Part shown: piece after piece, positions 29,296 to 41,573 of the stretch
Position numbering within the stretch: position 1 is the stretch's first letter
Layout: each line of letters starts with the position of its first letter
Assembly: GCA_965217585.1 (NCBI GenBank)
Contig: OZ244561.1
Location: 4,416,001-4,480,000 of the forward strand
DNA from: Candidatus Latescibacterota bacterium
Lineage (GTDB): Bacteria; Latescibacterota; UBA2968; UBA8231
Length of the DNA stretch: 64,000 nt
Direction of reading: 5' to 3'
Translations under genes and position numbers: made by a program
Notes under the pieces: generated by a model
Databases searched by the model: none
Told to the model about the DNA's origin: nothing
The model's input: only the letters and a program-made list of their open reading frames with translations

Positions 29296-30609
29296 TCACA
29301 GATAGCTATTGACGATATTCTCCAGCATTTCCTCGCGGCCACTGCGCTTTTCCGGCTCGCCGTGCTGGTGGACGTATGCCGCTAGCTCGGCGAAGTTGGT
29401 CTCGCCGCGCATGATCTTCTCGCCAATGCCGCTGCGGTACGAGGCGTAGCGCGCCTCCACAAAGGCGTCGAGCGCGCCGTCGTCGATGATGCGCTGGGCC
29501 AGCGTTAGTCCGCGGGCAAACGAGTCCATGCCGCCGATGTGGGCGTGGAAGAGATCCTCCAAGTCACAGGAACCGCGCCGCACCTTGGCGTCGAAGTTGA
29601 TGCCGCCAGGCGCGATGCCGTCTTGTTTGAGGATCACCAGCATGGCGTAGGTGGCGGAGTAGAGGTCGGTGGGGAATTGGTCGGTGTCCCAGCCGAGTAG
29701 GTAATCGCCGCGATTGGCGTCAATGCTGCCCAGTTTGCCATCGGCCGAGGCGAGCTGGAGGTCGTGTTCAAAGGTGTGGCCGGCCAAGGTGGCGTGATTG
29801 GCTTCGATGTTGAGCTTGAACTCGTCCAACAGGTCGTATTTGCGGAGGAAGCTCAAGACGGTGGCGGCGTCGTAGTCGTATTGGTGCTTGGTCGGCTCTT
29901 TGGGCTTGGGCTCCACGAGCAGGGTGCCGGTAAAGCCGATTGCCTTTTTGTGTTCGACGGCCATGTGCAAGAAGCGCGCGAGCTGGTCCTGCTCGTGGGC
30001 CATGTTGGTGTTGAGCAAGCTGGAGTACCCTTCGCGCCCGCCCCAAAACACGTAGTTGGCTCCCCCGAGCCGATGGGTGCATTCCATGGCCTTTTTGATC
30101 TGAGCCGCAGCCCACGCGAAGACGTGGGCGTCGGGGTTGGTGGCAGCCCCGTGGGTAAAGCGCGCGTGCGAAAAACAGTTGGACGTGCCCCACAGCAAGC
30201 GGACGCCCGTGTCGGCTTGCAATTGCTCGGCCAGCCCCACGATGTGGTCGAGGCGGTCGTTGCTCTCTTTGAGGGTCTCGCCTTCGGGCGCGATGTCGCG
30301 GTCGTGCCAGCAGTAGAAAGGCGCGCCGAGCTTGGTGATGAACTCAAAGGCCGCGCGCAGGGTGTCCTCGGCGCGCGGCATGGGGTCGGCGGCGCGGTCC
30401 CAGGGGCGGTCGTACACCGGAGTCGGGCCGAAAGGATCGATACCCCCGCCCTTGAAGCTGTGCCAAAAGGCGACGGAAAAGCGCAGGTGCTCGGCCATGG
30501 TTTTGCCGCCGACCAGCGCCTCGGCGTCGTAGTGCTTGAAGGCTAGAGGGTTTTTAGAATCTGGACCTTCGTAGGCAATTTTTTCGATGCCTTTAAAAAA
30601 TTCGCTCAT
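29296..30609 (-). CDS. xylA: Xylose isomerase (class II)
   Basis: FWHSF, WHDRDIAPEG, WGGREGY, EPKPKEPTKHQYD, NIEANHATLAGHTFEH, GWDTDQF, NFDAKVRR. Confidence 0.97.
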   Translation of the reverse strand: MSEFFKGIEKIAYEGPDSKNPLAFKHYDAEALVGGKTMAEHLRFSVAFWHSFKGGGIDPFGPTPVYDRPWDRAADPMPRAEDTLRAAFEFITKLGAPFYCWHDRDIAPEGETLKESNDRLDHIVGLAEQLQADTGVRLLWGTSNCFSHARFTHGAATNPDAHVFAWAAAQIKKAMECTHRLGGANYVFWGGREGYSSLLNTNMAHEQDQLARFLHMAVEHKKAIGFTGTLLVEPKPKEPTKHQYDYDAATVLSFLRKYDLLDEFKLNIEANHATLAGHTFEHDLQLASADGKLGSIDANRGDYLLGWDTDQFPTDLYSATYAMLVILKQDGIAPGGINFDAKVRRGSCDLEDLFHAHIGGMDSFARGLTLAQRIIDDGALDAFVEARYASYRSGIGEKIMRGETNFAELAAYVHQHGEPEKRSGREEMLENIVNSYL

Positions 30610-30637
30610 GGTTTCCCTTTCTGAGTTATGCAGTGGT

Positions 30638-31288
30638 TTACAGGAAATTCAATAGGTCCAGCGGCGCGGCGAGCAAGGCCCGGGCACCGCTTTGGCGCAG
30701 TTCGTCCCCGGAGCGAAAGCCCCACGTAGCCCCCAAGGCGTACATGCCAGCGCGAGTAGCGGTCTGCATGTCCGTATCCGTGTCGCCCAAGTAGAGGCAC
30801 TCTTCCGGGCTGTGGCCGAGGGCCGCGGCGATGTGCAGGGCCGCGGCTGGGTCGGGCTTGCGCGGGACGTCGGGCTGCGCCCCGCAGACCGGGTAAAAGG
30901 ACCAGCGCGGCAGCAGCGCATCGACGGCGAGGAGCGTAAAGGCTTGGGGTTTGTTGGAGAGGATGGCCATGGGCATCCGGCGCTCGCTCAGTGCGTCGAG
31001 TAGCTCGGGCACGCCTGCGTAGGGCTGGGTTTTGGCCTGCCAGCGCCGGCTGTACTCGGCTTCCATTGCGGCCTTGGCGCGAGCGACGGAAGCGTCGTCG
31101 CGGGCCGTGGCTGGTAGGGCACAGCGCACCAAGTTTTCAATGCCGTTGCCGACGAAGTAGCGGTACGCGTCGGTGGGATGCGGTGGGTGCCCGGCCGCAG
31201 CGAGCGCGGCGTTGGTCGAATCTGCGAGGTCGACGAGCGTGTCGAGCAGGGTGCCGTCGAGGTCGAAGATTGCGGCCGCAAAGCGCAT
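30638..31288 (-). CDS. HAD-superfamily hydrolase (phosphoglycolate-phosphatase-like)
   Basis: FDLDGTLLDT, LSNK, KPDP, YLGDTDTDM, ATWGFR. Confidence 0.9.
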   Translation of the reverse strand: MRFAAAIFDLDGTLLDTLVDLADSTNAALAAAGHPPHPTDAYRYFVGNGIENLVRCALPATARDDASVARAKAAMEAEYSRRWQAKTQPYAGVPELLDALSERRMPMAILSNKPQAFTLLAVDALLPRWSFYPVCGAQPDVPRKPDPAAALHIAAALGHSPEECLYLGDTDTDMQTATRAGMYALGATWGFRSGDELRQSGARALLAAPLDLLNFL

Positions 31289-31295
31289 GGGCGCC

Positions 31296-32069
31296 TCACT
31301 CTGGGGTGACGTAGGCGGCGGTGATGCCGCCATCGACGGCGAAGGTCGCGCCGGTGATGAAGGAGGCGTCGTCCGAGGCCAAGAAGACGACCGTGCGGGC
31401 GATTTCTTCAGCTTCGCCGAAGCGGCCCATGGGGATGTGGACCAAGCGGCGCTGGCGCTTCTCCTCGCTGTCGAGGTATTTCATCAGTAATTCGGTGCGC
31501 AGGGGACCGGGGCAGAGCGCGTTGACGCGGATGTTTTCGCGGGCGTGGATAACGGCTAGCTCGCGCGTCAGGGCGAGGACGCCACCCTTGCTGGCGGTAT
31601 AGGCCAATTGGGGCGTGGCCGCTCCGAGCAAGGCGACAAAAGAGGCGGTGTTGACTATTGCGCCGCCGCCGGCCCGGCGCAGGGCCGGGATGCCGTATTT
31701 GCAGCCCAAAAAGACGCCCTTGAGATTGACGGCCATGGTCAGGTCCCACACCGCTTCTTCGGTGTCGATGGCGTCGGCGTCGGCGTGGTGTGAGATGCCG
31801 GCGTTGTTGAACAGCACGTCGAGGCGACCATAAGCGGCTTCGGCTTGCTGCACCATGCGCTCGCAGTCGGCGGCGCGGGACACGTCGGCGGCGATGGCGA
31901 TGGCTTGCCCGTTGTCTGCAGCGATGGCGGCGGCCGTTTGCTCGGCTGTGGTCGCGTCGATGTCAACGGCTGCAATGTGCGCGCCTTCACGGGCGCAGTG
32001 CAGCGCGGTTTGGCGGCCGATGCCCGAGCCAGCACCGGTGATGAGGACGACTTTGTCGGCGAGTCTCAT
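31296..32069 (-). CDS. Short-chain dehydrogenase/reductase
   Basis: TGAGSGIG, NNAGI, YTASKGG (YxxxK), RVNALCPG. Confidence 0.93.
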   Translation of the reverse strand: MRLADKVVLITGAGSGIGRQTALHCAREGAHIAAVDIDATTAEQTAAAIAADNGQAIAIAADVSRAADCERMVQQAEAAYGRLDVLFNNAGISHHADADAIDTEEAVWDLTMAVNLKGVFLGCKYGIPALRRAGGGAIVNTASFVALLGAATPQLAYTASKGGVLALTRELAVIHARENIRVNALCPGPLRTELLMKYLDSEEKRQRRLVHIPMGRFGEAEEIARTVVFLASDDASFITGATFAVDGGITAAYVTPE

Positions 32070-33448
32070 GATGCTACAGCTCGCGCTGCCTCGCCTACGA
32101 CCTCTGACAGCGCCGGATGCGCGTGGACGGTGCGGGCCACATCCTCGGCACTCGCGCCGAACTCTAGGGCCAAGACGCCCTCGGCAATCAGGTGCGAAGC
32201 CTGCGGCCCTAAGATGTGCATCCCCAAGAGCTGGTCGGTATGCGCGTCGGCGACGACCTTGACTAGGCCGTCAATGTCGTCCATGCAGTGGGCGCGGGCA
32301 TTGCCGCGGAATAGGTGCTTGCCGACGGCGAACTCGCGGCCAGCCACGGTGGCTTCTTCCTCACTGATGCCGACGGAGGCTAGTTCTGGATGGGTGTACA
32401 CTACCGAGGGGATGGCCTCGTAGTTGACCTGCCCGGCGCGCCCGGCCATCCGCTCGGCGACCGCGACGCCTTCGGCTTCGGCTTTGTGGGCCAGCATCGG
32501 CCCGGGCACAAGGTCGCCGATAGCCCAGATCCCCTCGACATTGGTGCGTCCCTGCGCGTCAACCAAGACTTGTCCCCGCTCGTTGATTGCCACGCCCACG
32601 TCTTCCAGCCCCAATCCCGCGCTGCATGGTTTGCGCCCCACCGCCACCAATACCTGATCGCACGTCTCGACGCGCTCCTGATCGCCGGCCGCTATGGTCA
32701 GCGTCACTTGGCCTTCTGCGATCGCGGCCGTTTGGGCCTTGGCACCGAGCAAAAATTTTAGCCCCTGCCGCTTGAGTAGCCGCTCTAGCTGCTGGGCCAT
32801 CTCATGGTCCATCTCCGGCAAAATCTGATCCATAGCCTCCACTATGAGCACTTGGGCACCCAGCCGAGACCACACGGAACCCAGTTCCAATCCAATGGCA
32901 CCGCCGCCAATGACGACGAGCCGCTCAGGCACTTTTTCTAACGTTAGAGCCTCGGTCGAACTGATTATATGTTTTCCATCAAAAGGCAGATTCGACAACT
33001 CCACGGGCGTGCTCCCAGTGGCCAATAGAATGTGCTTGGCAGATAGCACCTGCTCGCCGTCAGCACCTTGCACCGACACACTCCCCGGAGCGAGGACTTG
33101 GCCCTTGCCGACGAAATGCGCCACCTTCCGGCCCTTAAACAGCCCTTCAATGCCCTTGGTCATGGTCTGGACGATTTTGTCTTTTCGCGCCATCATGGCC
33201 TGTAGGTCCAAGCCCACTTCGCCCTGCCCGATCCCGTGGTGTCCCAACCCCTTCTTGGCTCTGTAGAACAAAGCACTCGACTCTAGCAGGGCCTTGCTGG
33301 GGATGCAGCCGACATTGAGGCAGGTGCCGCCGAGGTAGTTTTTGTCGATACAGGCTACCTTCATGCCGAGCTGCGCCGCCTTGCTCGCGGCCACGTAGCC
33401 GCCCGGCCCCGCGCCGATGACTACTAGGTCGAATACAGAGTCACTCAC
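32066..33448 (-). CDS. lpdA: Dihydrolipoamide dehydrogenase (E3)
   Basis: GAGPGGYVAA, LGGTCLNVGCIPSKAL, GGGAIGLE, HAHPALSE. GTG start with AAAGGA RBS. Confidence 0.96.
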   Translation of the reverse strand: MSDSVFDLVVIGAGPGGYVAASKAAQLGMKVACIDKNYLGGTCLNVGCIPSKALLESSALFYRAKKGLGHHGIGQGEVGLDLQAMMARKDKIVQTMTKGIEGLFKGRKVAHFVGKGQVLAPGSVSVQGADGEQVLSAKHILLATGSTPVELSNLPFDGKHIISSTEALTLEKVPERLVVIGGGAIGLELGSVWSRLGAQVLIVEAMDQILPEMDHEMAQQLERLLKRQGLKFLLGAKAQTAAIAEGQVTLTIAAGDQERVETCDQVLVAVGRKPCSAGLGLEDVGVAINERGQVLVDAQGRTNVEGIWAIGDLVPGPMLAHKAEAEGVAVAERMAGRAGQVNYEAIPSVVYTHPELASVGISEEEATVAGREFAVGKHLFRGNARAHCMDDIDGLVKVVADAHTDQLLGMHILGPQASHLIAEGVLALEFGASAEDVARTVHAHPALSEVVGEAARAVAS

Positions 33449-33481
33449 GGTGTTTCCTTTTTGCAATGGATGCGGCGCTGG

Positions 33482-34711
33482 TTATACCTCTAACAGCAGC
33501 CGCGCAGGATCTTCGAGAAGTTCTTTCAACCGCACCAAAAACGAGACCGACTGCTGGCCATCGACGAGCCGATGGTCGTAGGACAGCGCTATGTACATCA
33601 TCGGCCGGATCACCACTTGGCCTTCCACGGCCACGGGCCGCTCCTGTATGGCGTGCATCCCCAGAATGCCACTTTGTGGCGCGTTTAGAATTGGCGTGGA
33701 AAGCAGCGAGCCGAAGACCCCGCCATTGGTGATGGTAAAGGTGCCGCCGCTTAGCTCGTTCATGGCCAGCTTGTTGTCGCGGGTGCTTAGCGCGAGCCGC
33801 TTGATGTGGCTTTCGAGCTGGGCGATGGACATCTGATCGGCATGGTGCAAAACCGGCACGACTAGCCCGCGCTCCGTGCTCACCGCGATCCCCAAATTGA
33901 CGAAGTCGTGATACACGATGTGGGTGCCGTCGATTTGCGCGTTGATCGCCGGAAACTCGCCGAGCGCGAGGACGGTGGCCCGGGAGAAAAAGGACATCAG
34001 CCCCAGCGACGCGCCGTGGACTTGGGCAAAGCGCTCCTTGTATTTGGCCCTGAGTTGCATCACCGCGATCATGTCGATTTCGTTGAAGGTCGTCAGCATG
34101 GCCGCGTTGTGCTGGGCGGCGACCAAGTGCTCGGCAATGCGCTGGCGGAGCCGACTCATTGGCTCGCGGCGGATGGGATCGGGACCGGCGGACGCGAGGG
34201 GCGGAGCGGGTTTGGGTGCAGGGGACGGTTGAGTGGGTTCAGGCGCTGGCGGTGGTTGCGCGGGTTCGGGTGCAGGTGGCGGTTGAATGGGATCGGCAGG
34301 CGCAGGTCGCGTCTCTAGGTGGGCGAGCAAGTCCTTTTTCGTCAGCCGCCCGTCCTTGCCCGTGCCCTCAATTGCAGCCGGGTCCAGTTCGTGCTCTTCG
34401 ACTAAGCGGCGCACGGCTGGGCTTAGGACGGGTTCGGGCGCAGCGGATTCGGGTTTGGACGCTGGGGCTGACGCGGCGGATTCTTCTATCTCCGCGACTA
34501 CAGCCCCTATGGCTAGGGTGGTGTCGGTAGGTTGTAGGTGTTTGAGGGCGCCGCTGGCTGGGGACGGCAGCTCGACGTTGGCCTTGTCGGTCTCCAGCAC
34601 GCAGAGCGGCTCGTCCTGCTCGACGCGCTCGCTGTCGCCCTTGAGCCATTCGAGGAGAATTACCTCGCTGACCGATTCGCCCATGCTCGGTATTTCGACT
34701 TGTACTGACAT
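33482..34711 (-). CDS. sucB: 2-oxoglutarate dehydrogenase E2 (dihydrolipoamide succinyltransferase)
   Basis: Lipoyl motif ETDKA, E3-binding [36 protein letters not shown]. Confidence 0.95.
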   Translation of the reverse strand: MSVQVEIPSMGESVSEVILLEWLKGDSERVEQDEPLCVLETDKANVELPSPASGALKHLQPTDTTLAIGAVVAEIEESAASAPASKPESAAPEPVLSPAVRRLVEEHELDPAAIEGTGKDGRLTKKDLLAHLETRPAPADPIQPPPAPEPAQPPPAPEPTQPSPAPKPAPPLASAGPDPIRREPMSRLRQRIAEHLVAAQHNAAMLTTFNEIDMIAVMQLRAKYKERFAQVHGASLGLMSFFSRATVLALGEFPAINAQIDGTHIVYHDFVNLGIAVSTERGLVVPVLHHADQMSIAQLESHIKRLALSTRDNKLAMNELSGGTFTITNGGVFGSLLSTPILNAPQSGILGMHAIQERPVAVEGQVVIRPMMYIALSYDHRLVDGQQSVSFLVRLKELLEDPARLLLEV

Positions 34712-34721
34712 GCAAATGCTC

Positions 34722-37523
34722 CTAACCAGATTGCTGCCGCGGATGCAGCACCACTTCGCGGCCGCGGCCTAGTGCCTGCTCGACAATTTCCCGTTGCTCG
34801 GTTTCGTGAAGGAGACCCGATCCGGTGGCCGGGCTGGCCGCTTCGTCGCGGCCCACGTAGTTCAGCTCGCAGTGCGCGGGCAGCAGTTCGTCCAAGTGGG
34901 GCTGGACAAAGGACCAAGCGCCCATGTTCTGCGATTCTTCTTGCACCCAGTAGAACTGTTTAGCTGCGGGATAGCGGTTGAACACAGCTTGGAGTTCGGT
35001 GGCCGGAAACGGATAGAGCTCCTCGACGCGCAGTAGCGCCACTCCGTCGCTGCCATTCTGCTCGCCGCGGGCAGCCACCAAGTCGTAGTAGATCTTGCCC
35101 GTGCATAACACCACCCGGTCGGCGGTGGCTGGATCGGCGACGTCCGCGTCGTCGATGACCCGCTGGAATGTCCCAGCGGAAAACTCTGCTAGCGCTGAAA
35201 CGCATTGCTTGTGCCGCAGGAGGCTCTTGGGGGTCATTAACACCAGCGGCTTGCGGAAGTTGCGGTGGATCTGTCGCCGCAAGATGTGAAACAACTGCGC
35301 TGGCGTGGTGGGGTAGGCCACCTGCATGTTGTTTTTGGCGCACAGTTGCAAGAAGCGCTCCAGCCGTGCACTGGAGTGCTCTGGCCCCATGCCCTCGTAG
35401 CCGTGGGGCAACAGCAGCACCAATCCGCACATCCGCTGCCACTTGGCTTCGGCGCTGGAGAGGAATTGGTCGATGATCATTTGCGCGCCGTTGACGAAAT
35501 CGCCGAACTGGGCCTCCCACAAGACCAAGCGCCGTGGGTCCGCCGAGCTGATCCCATACTCAAAGCCGAGCACTGCCAGTTCCGACAGCATGGTGTTGAG
35601 CACCATAAAGTCGGCTTGGTCCCGCTCCAAGTGCTGCAAGGGGATGTGTTCTGTGCCCGTTTCGGTGTCGTGCCAGACGGCGTGGCGGTGGGCAAAGGTG
35701 CCGCGCTGGGTATCTTGGCCGGTCAGGCGCACCGGCACCCCCTCCCGCAGCAACGAGCCGAAGGCCATCACCTCGCCGCAGCCCCAGTCGATGGGTACTT
35801 GGCCAGCGGCCATGGCGCGGCGCGCTTCGACCATCCGTTGGATTGTGCGGTGCAGTGAGAACCCTTCGGGGACTTGGGTCGCCCGCTCGACGATCCGCTG
35901 CAGGATTTTGGCATCGACGGCCGTTTGTGCGCTCCAGTCATCGGGTGCCCAAGTCAGGCCCTGCCAGACGCCCCCGAAAGACGAAGTGTGGGGCTGGACT
36001 TGTAGGCGGCGGGCGATTTGCTGGGCTTCTTCCAGCCGGGTGCGGATCCGTGCGCGGATATCGTCGGCGTCCTCTTGGGAGATTTTGTTTTGGGCAATGA
36101 GCTGGAAGGAATAGAGATGGAGGATCGTTGGATGCTCGGCGATCTTCTTGTACATAAGCGGCTGGGTTAGGGTCGGGTCGTCGGCTTCGTTGTGGCCGTG
36201 GCGGCGATAACACCACAAATCGATGATGACATCCACCTTGAAGCGGTGCCTGAACTCCATCGCCACTTGCGCTGCTTGCACTACGGATTCGGGGTCGTCG
36301 GCGTTGACGTGGAAGACGGGTGCCTGAATCTCCTTGGCTATGTCGCTCGGATAGGGAGTAAAGCGCGTCTCATCGGCTGGGGCGGTGTAGCCGAGCTGGT
36401 TGTTGATGATGATGTGGATGGTGCCGCCGGTGCGGTAGCCGGGCAGTTCGGAGAGATTGAAGGTCTCCGAGACGATCCCCTGGCCGGTAAAGGCGGCCTC
36501 GCCGTGGATGAGTACCGGGACCACCCGCTCCCCTTCGGCGTCGTGCAAGTAGGCCTGCTTGGCATAGACGATGCCCTCGATGACCGGATCGACTAGCTCT
36601 AGGTGGCTGGGGTTGAAACTGAGCGAGAGATGGACCTTGCGTCCCTCATCGGTGACGTGGTCGTGGGAATAGCCCTTGTGGTATTTGACGTCGCCCTCGT
36701 CGTCGTCGCGGTCGGCGCGGTCGGCGCCCTCGAACTCGGCGAGGATTTCCTCGTAGGGCTTGTGCAAAAGGTGCGCCAGCACATTGAGTCGGCCGCGGTG
36801 GGCCATGCCGATGACCATCTCTTCGACGCCCAGCTTGGAGCCGGTGTTGACCAGTTCGTCCAAGAGCGGCACCATGGACTCGGCCCCTTCGAGCGAGAAG
36901 CGCTTTTGCCCGATATAGCGCGTGTGCAAAAACTGCTCAAACTCTTCGGCGGCGATCAGCCGCGCGAGTACCCGGCGCGTCGCTTCTTCGGGCAAATTTG
37001 GATTGTTGAGGCAAGGTTCGATCCGCTCTTGCAGCCAGTCGCGCTGATCCTTGTCTGGGATGTCCATGTATTCGACGCCGATGGAGCGGCAATACGTGGT
37101 TTTTACCTTGCTCAACAGTCCCTTTAACGTCCCGTCCGTGCGCCCGAGGAATCCGCCGTTGCCCACGGTCTTGTCGAGGTCTTCTTCGGCGAGGCCAAAT
37201 TCCGCCAGATCCAACAGCGGCAGACTCCGGCGGCTGTGCCTCAGCGGGTCGAGCCGGGCGACGAAGTGGCCCATTTGCCGATAGGCCTGGACGAGGGCTT
37301 GGACGCCTTCGAGGACCAACAGGCCCTCGTTGGCTTCTATGGACTGCTGCAAGGCGTCTTTGTCTGGCGCTGGCGCGCTGTCGGTCGCAGAGCGCGCGAA
37401 GCCGAATTCAAAGCCGCGGAAGAAGTGCTGCCACTCTTCTGGGAGGGCGCTGGGATCGCGCTGGTACTGCTCGTAGAGAGCCTCAATGTATTCGGCGTTT
37501 TCACTGTGCGTAGCAAATGACAT
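34722..37523 (-). CDS. sucA: 2-oxoglutarate dehydrogenase E1
   Basis: [63 protein letters not shown]. Start MSFATHS with GGAGG RBS. Confidence 0.96.
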   Translation of the reverse strand: MSFATHSENAEYIEALYEQYQRDPSALPEEWQHFFRGFEFGFARSATDSAPAPDKDALQQSIEANEGLLVLEGVQALVQAYRQMGHFVARLDPLRHSRRSLPLLDLAEFGLAEEDLDKTVGNGGFLGRTDGTLKGLLSKVKTTYCRSIGVEYMDIPDKDQRDWLQERIEPCLNNPNLPEEATRRVLARLIAAEEFEQFLHTRYIGQKRFSLEGAESMVPLLDELVNTGSKLGVEEMVIGMAHRGRLNVLAHLLHKPYEEILAEFEGADRADRDDDEGDVKYHKGYSHDHVTDEGRKVHLSLSFNPSHLELVDPVIEGIVYAKQAYLHDAEGERVVPVLIHGEAAFTGQGIVSETFNLSELPGYRTGGTIHIIINNQLGYTAPADETRFTPYPSDIAKEIQAPVFHVNADDPESVVQAAQVAMEFRHRFKVDVIIDLWCYRRHGHNEADDPTLTQPLMYKKIAEHPTILHLYSFQLIAQNKISQEDADDIRARIRTRLEEAQQIARRLQVQPHTSSFGGVWQGLTWAPDDWSAQTAVDAKILQRIVERATQVPEGFSLHRTIQRMVEARRAMAAGQVPIDWGCGEVMAFGSLLREGVPVRLTGQDTQRGTFAHRHAVWHDTETGTEHIPLQHLERDQADFMVLNTMLSELAVLGFEYGISSADPRRLVLWEAQFGDFVNGAQMIIDQFLSSAEAKWQRMCGLVLLLPHGYEGMGPEHSSARLERFLQLCAKNNMQVAYPTTPAQLFHILRRQIHRNFRKPLVLMTPKSLLRHKQCVSALAEFSAGTFQRVIDDADVADPATADRVVLCTGKIYYDLVAARGEQNGSDGVALLRVEELYPFPATELQAVFNRYPAAKQFYWVQEESQNMGAWSFVQPHLDELLPAHCELNYVGRDEAASPATGSGLLHETEQREIVEQALGRGREVVLHPRQQSG

Positions 37524-37668
37524 AAAACCTCCAACTGCATGGGCTAGATTCTGAAGATAGACATTATATAAATAGGTGCAAAAATGCGCTCGTCGCGCCG
37601 CCCCAATCTTGAGGGTTTCCATGACAGCCCCTACATTTATTAAACCTTTTCCCTTTAGAAAGTCTCCC

Positions 37669-40600
37669 ATGCTACTCGCCTTTGTCGGCCCCCCGGCCCT
37701 GTCGTTTCTTCGCCGCCGGTCGCTCCTAGCGCGCTGCCAGAGCTGTGCGCCTGAGATTGAGGATCTGTGCGCTACGTACTTCTATGCTGTGCAATGCACG
37801 CACACCCTAAACGATGACGAGTTGGCGCGGCTCATGCGCATCCTCGATGTGGACGTGGCTCTGCCAGCGCGGGCGCGCAATGAGGTGGCCATTGGCCCGC
37901 GGCAGGGCACGACGTCTCCGTGGTCGAGCAAGGCTACAGACATCCTTAGAAACTGTGGCTTGGAATTTGTGCGCCGCGTCGAGCGCGGCACGCTCTATTC
38001 CTTTGCCACCGATACTTTGCCCAGCGCGGTTTTGCCGCTGCTCTACGACCGCATGATTGAGGCTCCGCTCGATTCCTTAGAGACTCTCTTTCGTCGCGTG
38101 GACCCCAATCCACTAGTCCACATCCCGGTGCAGGCCGAGGGGCGGTGCGCGCTTGTGGCCGCCAACCGCGAGATGGGCTTGGCCCTCTCGGACGAGGAGA
38201 TTGACTACGCGCTGCACGCCTTTGCGGGCCGCGACCCGACCGACGTGGAGCTGATGATGTTTGCGGTGGTCAACTCCGAGCACTGCCGCCACAAAATTTT
38301 CAACGCCGATTGGATCATCGATGGCCAGCGCGAGGCGCGCGCGCTCTTCGACATGATTCGCCACACGCACGCCGCTCACCCGCAAGGCACGGTTAAGGCG
38401 TATTCCGACAACGCCGGCGTGATCGAAGGCTTTGACGTGTCGGTCTTTGGCCCGCAGCTAGACGAGGACTTTCGCTATGGGTATCGCCAGCGGGAGACCC
38501 ACGTCTTGATCAAGGTCGAGACCCACAACCATCCCACTGCCATCGCGCCCTATCCCGGAGCGTCCACCGGAGTTGGGGGGGAGATCCGCGACGAGGGGGC
38601 GGCTGGCACTGGCGGCTGGTCGCAGGCGGGCCTGTGCGCCTTTTTTACCTCGCATCTGCGCCTACCTCGGTTTGCCCAGCCGTGGGAAAAAGAACGCGCG
38701 GCCTTCCCAGACCGCTTGGCTACCCCGCTCGCCATTATGACCGAGGGGCCGATCGGCGGTGCGGCCTTTGGCAATGAATTTGGCCGGCCCAACATCCTCG
38801 GGATGTTCCGCACCTTGGAAGACGACAGCACTGGGGTGTGGCACGGCTACCACAAGCCGATCATGGTCGCTGGTGGCGTCGGCCTCATCGACGCTGCGCA
38901 CGTGGAGAAGAAAACCCCGGCGGCGGGCGATTGCGTCATTCAGCTCGGGGGGCCGGCCATGCTCATCGGCCTCGGCGGGGGCGCGGCCTCTAGCATGGAC
39001 ACGGGTGCCAACAGCGAGGACCTCGACTTTGCCTCGGTGCAGCGCGACAACCCCGAGATGCAGCGTCGTTGCCAAGAGCTAATCAGCCGCTGCATCTCGC
39101 TCGGTGCGAAAAACCCCATCAGCAGCATTCACGACGTGGGGGCCGGTGGCCTGTCCAACGCCTGCCCGGAGTTAGTCGCAGACGTAGGGGCGCGCTTTGA
39201 CTTGCGGGCCATTCACAATGACGACCCGGGCATGAGTCCGATGCAGATTTGGAGCAACGAAGCGCAAGAGCGCTACGTGCTGGTGGTGGGTCGCGATGAT
39301 TTGGATCGCTTTGCCGAGCTGGCCGCTCGCGAGCGCTGCCTATTTGCGGTCATCGGCGAGGTCACCGGCGATGGCACGCTGTCTCTCGACGACTCTCTGC
39401 TCGGTGGCAAGCCCATTGACGACCTCGACCTAGCGGTCATTTTGGGCAAGCCGCCCAAGATGCTGCGCCGCGCGATGCGCAGCCGGCCCGTGCGGCAGGG
39501 CCTCGACTTGGAGGGGGCTTCGGTCGCCGATGCCGCCGAGCGCGTACTCCGCTTCCCAGCCGTAGCGGCCAAGACCTTCCTCATCACCATTGCCGACCGC
39601 ACGGTCACTGGCTTGGTGGCCCGCGATCAGATGGTCGGCCCCCATCAGGTGCCGGTCGCGGATTTAGCCATGACTTGCCACTCCTTTCAGGGGTACACCG
39701 GGTCGGCCATGGCCATGGGGGAACGCACGCCCCTCGCCTTGGTGGATGCGCCAGCGTCTGGGCGCATGGCTATTGCCGAGGCGATTACTAACATCGCTGC
39801 GGCGCACATCGGCCCGATCCACCGCATCAAGCTGTCGGGTAACTGGATGTGCGCCTGCGGCGAGGAAGGCGAAGATGCGGCCTTGTACGACACAGTGCGC
39901 GCAGTGGGGTTGGAGTTTTGCCCGGCAGTAGGGGTGTCGATCCCAGTGGGCAAAGATTCGCTGTCCATGCGGGCCGTGTGGGAAGACGCCGAGGGCTCAG
40001 CGCACAAAGTGGTCGCGCCGTTGAGTTTGGTCGTCTCGGCCTTTGCGCCGGTGGACGATGTGCGCCGTCATGCCACGCCCGATCTAAAGCGCGTCGGCGA
40101 TACCCGGCTGACCCGGCTGCTGCTCGTGGACTTGGGGCGCGGGCAAAACCGCCTCGGCGGCTCTTGCCTCGCCCAGGCTTACAACCAAATCGGCAGCGAG
40201 GCTCCGGACGTAGATGCAGGCGATGTGCTCGGCTTGTACGAGGCCGTGCAGACTTTGCTCGACCAAGATCTCGTGCTCGCGTACCACGACCGCTCCGATG
40301 GTGGCCTCTTCGCCGCGGTGGCTGAGATGGCGTTTGCTGGTCGCTGCGGCGTGGAGCTGACGATCAACACGCTGGACGACGATCTACTCGCTGCACTCTT
40401 TTGCGAGGAAGTGGGCGTTGTGATCCAATATCGCGTCGAGGATGAGGAAGTCATTCGCAGGATTTTTGCGGACCATGGCATCGCCGACTTGATCCACCTT
40501 GTGGGACAGCCCGTTGACGACTTGCACCTGCGCGTTTGCAGCGATGGCGATCTCGTCTATGAATCCCCACTGCTCGACCTCCACGCGGCGTGGGCTGAGC

Positions 40601-41541
40601 TGACGTATCGGATGCAGGCCCACCGCGACGACCCGGACTGTGCCCGCGAAGAGTACGAGGCCCTTGCCGACGACCAAGACCCGGGCCTGAACTTCCACTT
40701 GGCGCACGAAGTTGCTCCGACCATAGGAGGGAAGGCGCGCCCCCGCGTGGCCGTGCTGCGGGAGCAGGGCATAAACGGCCAAGTGGAAATGGCCGCGGCC
40801 TTTGACGCAGCGGCCTGCGAGGCGGTTGACGTGACCATGACCGATCTGTTGGAAGGTCGCGTCGAGTTGAGTTCGTTTCACGGGCTGGCTGCCTGCGGCG
40901 GCTTCAGCTACGGCGACGTACTCGGGGCTGGGGCTGGCTGGGCGCGTTCGATTCTTTTTCACGACCGCTTGCGCGAGCAATTCGCCGCCTTCTTTGAGCG
41001 GCCGGATACCTTTTCCTTGGGAGTGTGCAATGGCTGCCAGATGCTGTCGTACCTCAAGGAGCTGATCCCGGGCGCGGACAGCTGGCCGCGATTTGTGCGC
41101 AACCGCTCCGAGCAGTTTGAGGCGCGGTTCGCCACCGTAGAGGTGCTGGAGAGCCAATCGGTGCTCTTGCGCGGGATGGAAGGCTCGCGCTTGCCCATTG
41201 CGGTGGCGCACGGCGAGGGCCGCGTCCAATTCCAATTTGGCGATGATCGGGCACTACGGGCACTAGTACTAGAACTAGCGCGGAGGCGAAATCAGCTCTG
41301 TCTGCGCTACGTGGATAATTACGGTCAGCCGGCCGAACGCTATCCGTCCAACCCGAACGGCTCACCCGCAGGACTGACCGCCTTCACCAGCGCCGACGGC
41401 CGCGCCACCATTATGATGCCGCACCCCGAACGCGTCTTCCGCAATGTCCAGCTATCTTGGCGTCCGGCGGAGTGGACGGGTGAAGAAGGGCCGTGGCTGA
41501 AGCTCTTCCAAAACGCCCGTGACTTTGCCGCCCAAAGCTAG
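37669..41541 (+). CDS. purL: Phosphoribosylformylglycinamidine synthase, large single-chain form
   Basis: [62 protein letters not shown]. Confidence 0.97.
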   Translation: MLLAFVGPPALSFLRRRSLLARCQSCAPEIEDLCATYFYAVQCTHTLNDDELARLMRILDVDVALPARARNEVAIGPRQGTTSPWSSKATDILRNCGLEFVRRVERGTLYSFATDTLPSAVLPLLYDRMIEAPLDSLETLFRRVDPNPLVHIPVQAEGRCALVAANREMGLALSDEEIDYALHAFAGRDPTDVELMMFAVVNSEHCRHKIFNADWIIDGQREARALFDMIRHTHAAHPQGTVKAYSDNAGVIEGFDVSVFGPQLDEDFRYGYRQRETHVLIKVETHNHPTAIAPYPGASTGVGGEIRDEGAAGTGGWSQAGLCAFFTSHLRLPRFAQPWEKERAAFPDRLATPLAIMTEGPIGGAAFGNEFGRPNILGMFRTLEDDSTGVWHGYHKPIMVAGGVGLIDAAHVEKKTPAAGDCVIQLGGPAMLIGLGGGAASSMDTGANSEDLDFASVQRDNPEMQRRCQELISRCISLGAKNPISSIHDVGAGGLSNACPELVADVGARFDLRAIHNDDPGMSPMQIWSNEAQERYVLVVGRDDLDRFAELAARERCLFAVIGEVTGDGTLSLDDSLLGGKPIDDLDLAVILGKPPKMLRRAMRSRPVRQGLDLEGASVADAAERVLRFPAVAAKTFLITIADRTVTGLVARDQMVGPHQVPVADLAMTCHSFQGYTGSAMAMGERTPLALVDAPASGRMAIAEAITNIAAAHIGPIHRIKLSGNWMCACGEEGEDAALYDTVRAVGLEFCPAVGVSIPVGKDSLSMRAVWEDAEGSAHKVVAPLSLVVSAFAPVDDVRRHATPDLKRVGDTRLTRLLLVDLGRGQNRLGGSCLAQAYNQIGSEAPDVDAGDVLGLYEAVQTLLDQDLVLAYHDRSDGGLFAAVAEMAFAGRCGVELTINTLDDDLLAALFCEEVGVVIQYRVEDEEVIRRIFADHGIADLIHLVGQPVDDLHLRVCSDGDLVYESPLLDLHAAWAELTYRMQAHRDDPDCAREEYEALADDQDPGLNFHLAHEVAPTIGGKARPRVAVLREQGINGQVEMAAAFDAAACEAVDVTMTDLLEGRVELSSFHGLAACGGFSYGDVLGAGAGWARSILFHDRLREQFAAFFERPDTFSLGVCNGCQMLSYLKELIPGADSWPRFVRNRSEQFEARFATVEVLESQSVLLRGMEGSRLPIAVAHGEGRVQFQFGDDRALRALVLELARRRNQLCLRYVDNYGQPAERYPSNPNGSPAGLTAFTSADGRATIMMPHPERVFRNVQLSWRPAEWTGEEGPWLKLFQNARDFAAQS

Positions 41542-41573
41542 GTTGACGCCTACTCTGCGCACGGCTAAACCCG

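Noticed and set aside
34200-34300. Three to four 27-bp repeats encoding QPPPAPEP[AT] in sucB
   Set aside because: Ordinary Pro/Ala-rich flexible linker of E2 subunits.
41245-41285. GGGCACTA duplication and ACTAG micro-repeats in purL ([14 protein letters not shown])
   Set aside because: A few extra in-frame residues in a variable loop; no sign of a separate element.
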